DNA from: a virus
Length of the DNA: 64,000 nt
Direction: 5' to 3' (one strand)
IMG/VR virus record: IMGVR_UViG_3300050821_005389
Location: 53,044-117,043 of that record
This document shows, one piece after another, positions 1 to 10,500 of this stretch (within the stretch, counting starts at the first letter, position 1; each line of letters begins with the position of its first letter). The position numbers and the translations under genes are program-made. The notes below the pieces were generated by a model. That model ran no database searches and had not been told where the DNA came from. It worked only from the letters and a program-made list of their open reading frames with translations.

Positions 1-327
1 TTTCTGTTCATTTGCACCGGTACGGCGTTCGGTCAAGGTACTTCGGTTCCGCCGCTGAATTCGACGGCAGTTGATACGGGATGTGCTAGCTTTTCTGCTT
101 GTACTTATACGGATTTAAATGTTCCTCCAGGTCAACATTTTTATTTTGTCATCGCGATGAACGCGGCTGGCTATAGCGGACCGTCAAACGCTTTTTATTG
201 CACCGTGCCAGCGGGCAGTCATAACGTCGTATTAAACTGGAATCCTAGTAATTCAGATCCTACAGTCGGGTACTTTCTTTGGAGGGGAGCTCCGCCGACC
301 AATATTAATGCGATCGGCACGTTCTGA
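1..327 (+). CDS. 5'-truncated secreted Fn3-like protein, circularly permuted (not in ORF track)
   Basis: Frame 1 is open from base 1 to TGA at 325-327: FLFICTGTAFGQ...PLNST...YTDLNVPPGQHFYFVIAMNAAGYSGPSN...HNVVLNW...VGYFLWRG. Its stop overlaps the next ATG (TGATG). Confidence 0.75.
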   Translation, partial: FLFICTGTAFGQGTSVPPLNSTAVDTGCASFSACTYTDLNVPPGQHFYFVIAMNAAGYSGPSNAFYCTVPAGSHNVVLNWNPSNSDPTVGYFLWRGAPPTNINAIGTF

Positions 328-575
328 TGTTCGGTCGTCGTTCTATAAAACTCACTTGGCACCCGTCGCCTGAACGCGTTGATGGATATTACGTCTACCG
401 AGGAAGAAATTCTGGTCAAGAAGGATTACTTCCTGTTAATAAAACGATTGTATTAGGAACTAGTTATACTGACCAAGTCCCAATTATAGGAACTTTTTAT
501 TACGTAGTACGATCTAGTCGTAATGGCGTTTTTTCTAAGCCTTCTAATGAAGTTAAGACAAAGAGATTATTTTAA
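327..575 (+). CDS. Single fibronectin type III (Fn3)-like domain protein
   Basis: Motif series IKLTW...VDGYYVYRG...YTD...FYYVVRS...SKPSNEV. Confidence 0.7.
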   Translation: MFGRRSIKLTWHPSPERVDGYYVYRGRNSGQEGLLPVNKTIVLGTSYTDQVPIIGTFYYVVRSSRNGVFSKPSNEVKTKRLF

Positions 576-593
576 CATTTTTTAAGGAGAAAC

Positions 594-872
594 ATGGCAC
601 ATTCTGTAAATCTTAGTTGGACCGGTTCGGCAGATTCGGTTTCCGGTTACAATGTTTATCGTGGATCTTCGGCTGGAGGAGAAGGTCCGACACCGCTTAA
701 CGCGGCGTTGATCACCGGTACGACTTTCGATGATACTACAGTTGTTCCCGGTAATTGGTTCTACGTTGTCAAATCAGTTTTAAATGGCGTTTCGTCACAA
801 GCTAGTAATGAAGTAGAAGCTACGATTCTTCCTGCTCCTCCTTCCGCTCTAGTCATAGTCTCAGAAAATTAA
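594..872 (+). CDS. Single Fn3-like domain protein
   Basis: HSVNLSW...VSGYNVYRG...PLN...FDD...FYVVKS...SQASNEV; strong AAGGAG RBS. Confidence 0.8.
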   Translation: MAHSVNLSWTGSADSVSGYNVYRGSSAGGEGPTPLNAALITGTTFDDTTVVPGNWFYVVKSVLNGVSSQASNEVEATILPAPPSALVIVSEN

Positions 873-895
873 CTAAGAATAAAATTTTAAAATTC

Positions 896-930
896 AAGGG
901 AGACGGCACGTAGCGTCTCCTTTTTTATTT
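896..930 (+). terminator. Intrinsic terminator
   Basis: GGGAGACG-N8-CGTCTCCT stem followed by a T-run. Confidence 0.7.
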
Positions 931-941
931 AGGAGAAATTC

Positions 942-1388
942 ATGGCGGGAGAAAAGGGAAACCAAAATTCGATCGGGTTTCTTTCTTTATTATTTCAGGC
1001 AGTCGTTTCTACAAGTTATGCTAACCTGGCAGCTAACTCCGGCAGCAGTCCACTGACAGTTCTTTACGTCAGTCTTCATACAGCCGATCCAGGTGCCGGC
1101 GGTAACCAAAACACGTCGGAAGCTGCTTATACTGGCTATGCTCGCGTATCAGTAGCTAGAACTACGGGCGGTTGGTCGATTTCAGGTGAAACGATTACAA
1201 ACGTTTCATCTATTACTTTTCCAGCTTGCACTGGCGGCTCAGAAACAGAAACAAACGTCGGCATCGGTACAGCCTCGTCCGGAGCGGGTATTTTGCTTTG
1301 GACTGGTCCGTTGACGGCTTCGTTGGCTGTCTCTAGCGGTATTACGCCTTCATTTGGTGCGGGCGAATTGTCAGTGACCGAGGGATGA
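942..1388 (+). CDS. Phage tail-associated (minor tail) protein
   Basis: YVSLHTADPG...EAAYTGYARVSV...ITFP motif, recognised from small phage tail proteins; AGGAG RBS. Confidence 0.65.
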   Translation: MAGEKGNQNSIGFLSLLFQAVVSTSYANLAANSGSSPLTVLYVSLHTADPGAGGNQNTSEAAYTGYARVSVARTTGGWSISGETITNVSSITFPACTGGSETETNVGIGTASSGAGILLWTGPLTASLAVSSGITPSFGAGELSVTEG

Positions 1389-1393
1389 CCTAG

Positions 1394-2314
1394 ATGCCAA
1401 CTCCAAATACTATACCAATTACTCCGGGTACAGGACAAAACCTGGATTCTTTACAAGTATCCACTTCGGCCGGAACGGTCAGCAGAGAAGTAGTCACAAT
1501 AGGTGATGCATCCACGGGAGCGAACGTGGCTGCAGTAAGTTCGGTTGGTGCAGTAAGCACGAATTTAACACAAGTAGCAGGAAGTTCTGTAATAGCCATC
1601 GCGACAGGTATTCAAGCCGTGGGCACTTTGGGCCATAACGGACTTAGTTTTGATAATCCTTCGGGATCCGCGCCACCTTCAAGTGCGCTTTGGATCGGCT
1701 ATAAAGTAAGCGGCGTGGATTTTGAAGGTGTATCTCTTTCTAATCCGCTGCCAGAAAATATAGCTCAAATTGCCGGTAGCACTGTAACCACGGCCGCAAC
1801 CGGCGTCCAGCAAGTCGGCGTAGTCGGTAACGCAGGCGCCGCTTTCGACGCCGCTACAGCCGCCCCTGTCCCTGCCAATGCTATTCAACAGGGCGTTCGA
1901 GCCGCTACTGCATATCCAACAGCCGTAACAAACGGCCAATTAGTCGGCGCAATGTCAGATAAAGCAGGTCGTGCCGCCGTCGTCCTTAATTCGCCTCGAG
2001 ATCTTGTCGGTACGGCAGCTTTAACTTCTGCTTCTGGTTCAGCTACTAGTTTCATTGCCGCCGGAGCTGCCAACGTATTCAACGATATCGTATCACTGGT
2101 GATTACTAACTCAACTGCGACAGCTACCACAGTAACATTAAGCGATAACGGTTCCGGCGGCAATACATATCTTTTCGATCTCGCCGGTAACGGCGGTATC
2201 GTTATGAATTTTCCTACGCCTCTTCCTCAAGGAACTGCTGCTGCTGCTTGGGATGTACTTAATAGCGCAGCAGTTTCACTACATTATACTTGTATCTTTA
2301 TTAAAAATAAATAG
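1394..2314 (+). CDS. Putative virion structural protein, Ala/Thr/Ser/Gly-rich
   Basis: 306-aa ORF in the structural operon with internal repeats (QVAGSSV..ATGIQAVG / QIAGSTV..ATGVQQVG). Confidence 0.6.
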   Translation: MPTPNTIPITPGTGQNLDSLQVSTSAGTVSREVVTIGDASTGANVAAVSSVGAVSTNLTQVAGSSVIAIATGIQAVGTLGHNGLSFDNPSGSAPPSSALWIGYKVSGVDFEGVSLSNPLPENIAQIAGSTVTTAATGVQQVGVVGNAGAAFDAATAAPVPANAIQQGVRAATAYPTAVTNGQLVGAMSDKAGRAAVVLNSPRDLVGTAALTSASGSATSFIAAGAANVFNDIVSLVITNSTATATTVTLSDNGSGGNTYLFDLAGNGGIVMNFPTPLPQGTAAAAWDVLNSAAVSLHYTCIFIKNK

Positions 2315-2974
2315 ATGGCCATTTCATTTGTAGGCGGAGCTTCCGCCGTCAGTTCTAGTGGTAGTACTGTCGCAGTTACTTATTCTCCTACTGCGGGAAA
2401 TACAGTTATTGTTCTGGTGTCCTGCACTTCGACACAATCGGTTTCGGGCGTCGTCGATAATGCTACCGGCGGGAGCTCTACGTATACTCAACAAGTAACC
2501 GTGGCCAACGGTTGCGATGTAGAAATTTGGTCAACTACGGTAAACGGTGCGAAAGCTGGCGCCACAACTATTACGGCCACCGTGACAGGCTCGACTCAAA
2601 AACCAGTTGCTTGTGTCGTAGAATATTCCGGCGTTACTAACTTCGGAAATACGGCTAATAATACCGGAGCTACTACACCACTGACTGTTACGATTACAGC
2701 CCAAGATAATAACAGCGTTTTAATCGCCGGCTACGGGCAAAAATATTCCGGAACATTTACTCAAATTACCGGAAATCTCCGAGAAAAATCCGGACCGAGT
2801 AGCAACGGAAACGTCAATTGCGCTATCGTTGAGGATGCGGTTGTAGCTGCGGGTAGTGCGGTAATTTCATTGCACGGTACTACAGTGAATTATGGCGCCG
2901 TTGCTTTAGAACTTCTTCAAGCCGCCGCAACCGGACCTAATAACCAGTTAATGATGACAGGCGCTGGAACATAG
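2315..2974 (+). CDS. Putative virion structural protein, beta-rich
   Basis: 219 aa, MAISFVG...AGNTVIV...EYSGV pattern, Thr/Ser-rich. Confidence 0.6.
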   Translation: MAISFVGGASAVSSSGSTVAVTYSPTAGNTVIVLVSCTSTQSVSGVVDNATGGSSTYTQQVTVANGCDVEIWSTTVNGAKAGATTITATVTGSTQKPVACVVEYSGVTNFGNTANNTGATTPLTVTITAQDNNSVLIAGYGQKYSGTFTQITGNLREKSGPSSNGNVNCAIVEDAVVAAGSAVISLHGTTVNYGAVALELLQAAATGPNNQLMMTGAGT

Positions 2975-2997
2975 TTAGAAGAATTTAGGAGTCAAGC

Positions 2998-4560
2998 TTG
3001 ATAGCAGCAATTCTGGCTACCCGAGGTGCAGCTAGTAACCTCGCAGCGGCGATTAATGGCCACGGATCTGTAACCGGAACATTAAGCACGCCCGGCCAGA
3101 TTCAAGCCTCTGTAGCAGGTCATGCCTCAGTCTCAGGTCTTTTAATTCAAGCACATCATGTAAATGTTACTTGGACTGCTGCGTCTGATCAGGTAGATGG
3201 TTACAATGTTTACCGTGGGTCGACTTCGGGCGGTGAAAGCGGAGTTCCGCTTAATTCTAGTATTATTACTGGTACTAGTTTCATAGACTACAGTCCGAAT
3301 CTCGGACCTAATTTTTACATCGTAAGGTCAAGTATAGCGGGCGTTCTTAGCCAGATCTCGCCGGAAGTTGAAGTATTTATTGGCCAACAAGCTAGTTTTG
3401 GCGGTCACGCCACTGTTGGCGGAACGCTTATCGGTAAAACGGCATTAGTTTCCGCTATTACCGGACACGCGTCTATTACAGCAACTGGTCCGGGAATTGG
3501 CAAGTTAATTGCATCGATCAATGGTCGCGCTTCTGTCTCGGGAACTTTATTTGGTAAAGCGGCTTTAATAGGATCCGTCGCGGGTCAAGCATCTGTTTCC
3601 GGAACGATTCAAGCAGTTCATACTACGTCTTCGGCGATAACTGGACACGCCACAGTTTCTGGAACGGCTGGCTCTTTTGGATTTTTGCAGTCAAGTATTA
3701 CCGGGCACGCGACTGTTTTCGCAACGCCTCCTGGATTTGGACATTTACTAGCATCGGTTAATGGTCAAGCTACTGTCTCCGGACATATCGCCGGCGGCAG
3801 CCATATGGTCGGTAATATAAAAGGCCAAGCTACCGTTACCGGAACTTTAACCGGTCAAGCTATTATCGTACCGATATTCGCTAATATAAATGGCCAAGCC
3901 GTAGTTTCTTGTTCGCTAAATGGTCTTCAATTAACGCCACCACTATTTACTTTTGGTGTCTCGAGTCAAAATCCTGCTATATTAAATTTTACGCAGACTA
4001 GTGAAAGTAATTTTTATAAACCGGATATTTCGCCTTCGGGAAGTTTCTGGCCGTTATCAGCTTTACCGGTCAATCAAGGTCAGTTAGGATGGGAAGCCGC
4101 TCGTAACCAGTTGTTAGTCCTACCTAGCTACGCATGGCTAGGAAGCCACCCAGCTAAAATTAATGCCGCTGGATATGTTTTAGCTCCGCGACAATCCCGT
4201 GGTGAATTTAATATCGTACTGTTACAGAATTATTTTCAGCAGACAGGGAGCGGTCCGGCAGGTATTGTAGTTTATAGCGATACATTAGCAACGTTTCCAT
4301 TGAATAATATAATCGATCCCGGCACAACATGGCGTTGGAGTCTTCAAGCAGGTTTAACCATCGGAAACGGTGGTATTGGCTGCGGGTATTCTATCACGCT
4401 GAACGGTACGACTTTTTACGGATCTGGTTTTTCTAATAGATACCAACAATTTAACAAAATCGTACAACCCGTCCAGTTAAGTATCGCTGGTTTCTTCTCC
4501 GGAACTACCTTTGGTTCTGATTTTTGCCAGTTGGGTTTGACCCAGTTCGAAGTTCGTTAA
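2998..4560 (+). CDS. Tail/fibre-like protein with ~20-aa repeats and an inserted Fn3 domain
   Basis: About 11 I(N/T)G(H/Q)A(S/T)VSGTL repeats; Fn3 HHVNVTW...VDGYNVYRG at ~3150-3380; TTG start with AGGAG. Confidence 0.65.
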   Translation: MIAAILATRGAASNLAAAINGHGSVTGTLSTPGQIQASVAGHASVSGLLIQAHHVNVTWTAASDQVDGYNVYRGSTSGGESGVPLNSSIITGTSFIDYSPNLGPNFYIVRSSIAGVLSQISPEVEVFIGQQASFGGHATVGGTLIGKTALVSAITGHASITATGPGIGKLIASINGRASVSGTLFGKAALIGSVAGQASVSGTIQAVHTTSSAITGHATVSGTAGSFGFLQSSITGHATVFATPPGFGHLLASVNGQATVSGHIAGGSHMVGNIKGQATVTGTLTGQAIIVPIFANINGQAVVSCSLNGLQLTPPLFTFGVSSQNPAILNFTQTSESNFYKPDISPSGSFWPLSALPVNQGQLGWEAARNQLLVLPSYAWLGSHPAKINAAGYVLAPRQSRGEFNIVLLQNYFQQTGSGPAGIVVYSDTLATFPLNNIIDPGTTWRWSLQAGLTIGNGGIGCGYSITLNGTTFYGSGFSNRYQQFNKIVQPVQLSIAGFFSGTTFGSDFCQLGLTQFEVR

Positions 4561-7500
4561 TTAACAACTCCGGTCAACCCAGTCGGTGGCGGAGGAATCG
4601 TTCCACTATTGATAATATAAGTCGCTTGGCTCGGTGGCGTCGTGTCGTTAAATCCGGTCAGCGTGCCGATCGCTGTCAAAACGGTAGTTCCGGTAGCGAC
4701 TGGTATAGCAGTTCCAATATAAGTTTGAGTCGTTCCGCCGGAACAAACATGGCTAACTTCCGTAGGTGTTGAGCCGTCGGTAGTATAGCAAATCGTAACG
4801 GAGCCGGGTGTAGTAACAGATAGCGTGACGTTTTGCGATCCCGTATAGGTCCCGCCTGCGGGAGCGAATGTTACTTGAGAAACGGTCGGTGTAGTTGATT
4901 GTTGCTGCTGGTAAGCGAATAAAGCCGCAGTGCAAACCAGTCCACTAGCGCAACTAAAAGATTGACTCGTAGCCGTTGATAGCGGTTGTGGATAAACCGG
5001 CGTTGACGCAAAAAAATTGACCGTTTTATCTGGCGTAACACCGGGTTCCCAACAGCCAGGACTTTGACCCGTCACCGGATCGAGGGCGGCGTTTAAACCG
5101 CCATTGCAAGGATTATTGGCGATTAATCCGGTACCGTTGGTACACTCAATAGTCAATGAACTAGTCTGACAGTTATTATGAAATTTCTGCCAATTGACGA
5201 TTTGCAACCCGTTCGGAGTAGAGTTTCCGCAACCGCCCGCAGCGTTTGAGTTGGCAACGCAACTGTACGTTAAGAACCAATACGGCGTAGGATTACCATT
5301 TGGTGCCGGCAACAAAAATGGTATCGAAGTGGAACTAGCCCAATTAGTATTGCATGTCGACGGTCCGTTACAGTGTCCTCCGGCTAATCCGTTCACGGTA
5401 AATCCTTGCATGGGTTGCAGCGTTGCAACGTTTGTATCCGGTGTATATTGACTCGTCAACGCCGAACCCTTTAGAATACAATTATCAGTTACGTAATACT
5501 GGTGACTATATCTTTCCTGTGGATACGATCCACCGATCGATTGAACCAATTGTAAATACAATTCGTAATCTGGCTGCCACTCGTTTGCCGCAGTCGTAGA
5601 GTTACTAGGTATTCCGATCTTCGGGCCTACGACACCGCACAATCCATATCCCCAGTCGCCGTAACTGGTCCCGTTTGCTACGCCATTAGGCAAAGAAAGC
5701 TTGGCTGGACCACCGGTAAAAGCTGGCGGCGTTGTATTTAAAAAGTGGTGGAAATTGTCGTAGCCTAATCCGCCGGGATTCCACAAAGTTTTTGGCTGGA
5801 AATGTTCTTGGTCGATGTAATTTCCTATGGCATAAGCACTTTGCAGTAAACTACGATCGCTCAGTATTTGTGTATTGCTACTCGTCCCGTTTAAAACCCC
5901 CGTAAATGTCACTCCACTCCAATCATACCCTCTGATATACTCTTCCGTTTGAGCAAATTCAAAAATTCCTTCTTCAAGCTGCGAAGTCATAAAAGCTTTT
6001 GTCGTTGCGTGATTCGTAGGATCATCACCCGGTGGAATAGCTGCGTTTATTTGCATCGTAGCGGCACTCGACGGACCCGGCGAAACTCCGCAAGTTGCTC
6101 CGCTACTCAACCCAGTGCAACCCGAAGGCGATCCGGTTCCGGTCGGAGTATTGCTGCTATACGTGATTGTTACATTTGTTCCAGTTACATATGCTGAAGC
6201 GCATCCTACCGGATGGCAATCAAAAGCTACAGGCGTTACGCCCGAGACATAAACTGGCGTTGGCGATCCCGACGAAGTACTTATTCCGTCACAATTTGCT
6301 CCGGTCGAATCTGTCGGATAAACGTTTGTGCAAGCTGCGGTTACTACAGTAGGCGGTCCTGCACTCGTGACTGAAATCGATGAAATAGGAATCGTAGCGA
6401 TAAAACTGTCGCTGACTCCATTATATTGAAAACCTCGGACTGGACTGATACCGGAAGAACACGGTCCGGCGCCTTGTCCGCCGGTGATAAAGCCGTCAGG
6501 ACAATTAGTAGAGTCTGTCAACCCTAAAGGAAAGCCGGCGTCTATTTGAGGATTCTGGACAACGTAAGCTATGATATTTTCACCAGCCAAGGAAATACCA
6601 GTAGCTTTTCCAACAGGAGTTATCAACGGGTGAGGATAAGTATAAGGCGTATATGTATAAACGACCGGACATCCCGCCGATTGATCTGCCGCCGATTCGC
6701 ATCGATTCAGTGTTGCGGGTGCACTAGCCGGAAGGACTAAATCGCAAGGATTATGATTCGGAGATACGGAAGCACAAGCACCTACGCTAGCCCCTGATTG
6801 AATATAGGTCGTATTTCCGTTGAATAATTTCCATAAAGCCGTATTGCCAGAAATACCCCAAATGTAAGCAGGACTTGATGTTTGATTGATACCTCTACCT
6901 ATTTGAGTTTGCAAAGGATAAGTCGCCCCAGGCTGGCAATCTTCGGTATACTCAAACGCTCCTTGAATAGTGTTACCGCCGGTTACCGTTTCATTAAATT
7001 CTATTCCACTACCGCCGCGGAGAGAAGTATAGTTTGATTGGTTAATTCCGGCAAATGTATTATACGTGTTGTTGTAAAGCTCCCAAAAACGAGTACTGTT
7101 TTCTGAATCAGTAGGTGTACAAGAAACCGATCCTCCGCTACCGTGTGCGTCAAACTGCATGTTATTTAATGTGTTGTGGCGAGCTGTTATGCGAGCAGCA
7201 CTAAAATTTTCAATGCACGAAGACGCGTCGAAGAATCCACTAGTTGATAAATAGGTACAAGTATTATCTTCAAAAAATCCCGATACCGGACCGCCCGGAA
7301 CATAATCATTCGTCCATCCAGTAGGAAAAGTTCCGAACCAAGAATTATGAACTAACTCATCTGATCCGTGATGGGCAGTCAGAGTGTTATGATCCATTAA
7401 CCAGGCGCCACCGCCAGAAAAAGCTACGATTGTTCCTTGCGCTGCCGGCGAACCGTCATCAAAAGTATTGTGATCGAGTCTAAATGTAGCTCCTGTCGTT

Positions 7501-10500
7501 GAATTACCAGTATTAACATGAATCGCAGACTGCCCGTTATTTAATGATCCGGTGAAATTAAAATTTGTAATTCGTTGAAGTCCTGTAGCTGGAGTTGTCA
7601 CAACAACGGCCGATAAATTCCCGTTGTTAGTTGTACCCATATTAATATTTGCTCCACCGCCATCTATAGTAATTAAATTAGAAGCGGTAAGAGTCAGCGG
7701 ACTGGTCAATGTCCAAGTACAGTTTCCGCCGGGTACATATACCGTATCGCCTGCGGTAGATAGATTTATTTGCGTCGTAATATCCGAAACTGAACACGAC
7801 GCTGCTGTACGGGCTACGCCAGTACCAAAACCACCGGGACAAGGAGAATTTGTATCGCCGGTAGTAGGATAATTCGCATTTCCTGTATCATAAGAAAATC
7901 TGCAAAGTTCACTGATCCAATGCAAAGCATGACCCGTCGCTCGAGTCACACCCATATTCCCGTGTCCGGGATTCGGGCCAGTCAATCCGTTGCTATAGCC
8001 AAGTTGTAGATTGAATCGATCGTAACCACCTTGGTGAATTGAATCCAGCAGGTTACGATCACCAGTAAGATAATACCACTCGACAATTCCCGCCGGCCAG
8101 CAATGGTCTAGGCTGGTTAATTCGTCGCACCAGTTCTCTATACCCATATTTGCGGTATTAGTTCCGGCTGGAAGAATCATTTGTATTTTTTGCGGCCAGC
8201 CCCATTGGTCAAACGTATTGGCTGGACACGACGGCGCGGCTGGAGTTCCAGTACACAACGATCGCCAATGACCTGTCCAATCCGAATGAGGCAATGCCGT
8301 ATCAGCGACGTTAGTAATAAAGTTTAATCCGTAAGCGTATCTTCCGGGAACGCTTCCTGAAGTAGTGTTATATCCTCGTTGAATCCAATTCTGTATAAAA
8401 GATTCCATTACGTCGTGTTGATTACCAGCGCCGGCTTCGCCCCAAAGATACGCCGGATAAACCGCCATATCAACGGGTTGAGTTCCTTTAGCCGTAATTG
8501 GGTAAGCAATACTTGTTGCCGTTGACGGCGTGTTATTCGAACCAAATTTCAATGTCGTCGAGGTAACAGCGGTTACTGTCAACGTAGCAGGTGAACAACC
8601 ACCGGTACAACCGTAAAATGATACGACGGTTGCCGGACTACTTGAATATGCGTCCGTAGTATTCGGAACAGTAATTGTAGGAGTCCCGGCACCGCTCGTA
8701 ATGGCTACTACGTTCTGTTGATCTTGAACGTCGTCTAAGCATTGGCCGGGGCTATTAGCTACCGTCTGACTACATGCTAATCCTATGCTCAGGTGATACG
8801 CATCTTCCTGCGAAGGATCAGGAATTTGATTCGGAAAGAAACAAACCGGTGTACTGGCCGAACAAGCTTGGTTATAATAAGCTACGGGTGCTCGAGCTAT
8901 CAAAGGATGTTGAAAATCTAAAAACTCTTCGTTAGCCGCAGCGTAGTTTGATCCACTGACTACAGCGGGGTGGAAAAACCACAAAGTATTTGTATCGTTG
9001 CAATAATACGTATAACTGCAAACATAATCTTGTCCACCACCACCAAGGAATAAAGATTGATCAGGAGCGATCGCAACGTGAAGTTCGGCGCCGCCAGAAG
9101 CTAGTTCAAGAGCCTTCGGCCAATGTGCTGCTAAATCGTCTATACCAATTTCTACGCCTTGAACACCATTGTCAACGTCAGCCCAACCCGCAGGATATTG
9201 GCTGGCTTGGCCTGAAAATTGAGTAGTTTGGGTTCCTATCGTGCCTAGATTAATCTGATAACCGCATTGCGTATAAAACCAGCCTGTCGTCAAACCCGGA
9301 CACGGCGTGCCTGTTGATCTAGCAATCGGAGACGTAAAACAATCCCAATTATTTGCCGCCGTGGTTGTTCCTGTGGCATTACATTGTGGTAAACCATTTG
9401 AAGCTGTTGCTATATCGGATGCTAAATGCTTATTCTGAAAACCAGTAGTAAGATCGGCGACTTGAGTTCCAGATAAGGTTGTGCCGGTTGTTGGAACCGT
9501 AGTGTGATTTCCTATACCCCAATTGGCGTTAACGCTTAATCCCGCCCATGTTACAATTAATTCGGCCGATTTATATTGCTTATATGCGGTTTGAAGATCG
9601 TTACCAGGCGCTGTTAAAGAACCGGGTTGCTGCGCATTTTGTGGACAGACGGATACTATTTTTACGTCAGAGCGACCAGCGTAAAAGTGCATTCGGACGT
9701 GACAAGCTACATAAGTATCACCTGACCCGTCGTTCGGTAGCGTGTTGACTAAAATAGCCGTTCGCATACTTCCGGCTTCTTCAATCGTAGCTGTACTAGT
9801 CGAGTCTTGGTTAGATAGATACGCCGTGTTACATCCTGCGGCGCAGCTAACTTGGTTTGTTACGCCGGATTGTCCCGGCGTTGGACCTAGAATTCTTATA
9901 CCGTCGTTAGCGCCGTGGCTTCCCGTAGCGACAAAATGGTAAATTCCCGTACCCGCTGTCGTGCAGGCTAGATTGCCGCAATTGATATCTACGGCGTCGA
10001 ATAAATTAAAATTATTTTTCTTAATGCTAAAACAAGCTGAGATTGCTGAAGGGCTGCAAACACCGTTCGACGTTGCTGCCGCACCGATCGTACGAACTAT
10101 AATATGATTGCTGTCCGGACAATAAAGATCCGGCGTATTAGGTGCCGTACAATTTATAGCTAGATTCGCAGATGGCTGGTTTCCTCCTGTTGCTGGCGTA
10201 TACGTCAGAACATGACTGCTGTCTACGCCAGTAGGTCCGGAAGTAAATGTAGATTCTTGAAAATCGGCCAAAAGTACTTTAGTTTTTCCTGAAGGCCAAT
10301 TAGCCAGAATCTGACAACTCCAATTTTGCGCTACGCTATTTACTTGAAGTTGAAAATCTTGACAGCCATTCGCCCCGACAGATTCTGCTACAGGAACTCC
10401 TACTGTAACGGGAAGATTTGTATCTGTACCGGACGGACAAGTCGATCCGGGCCAGCACTTATTTTGAACTGTCAAAGGAGCTAAAGCACCCGATGATGTA

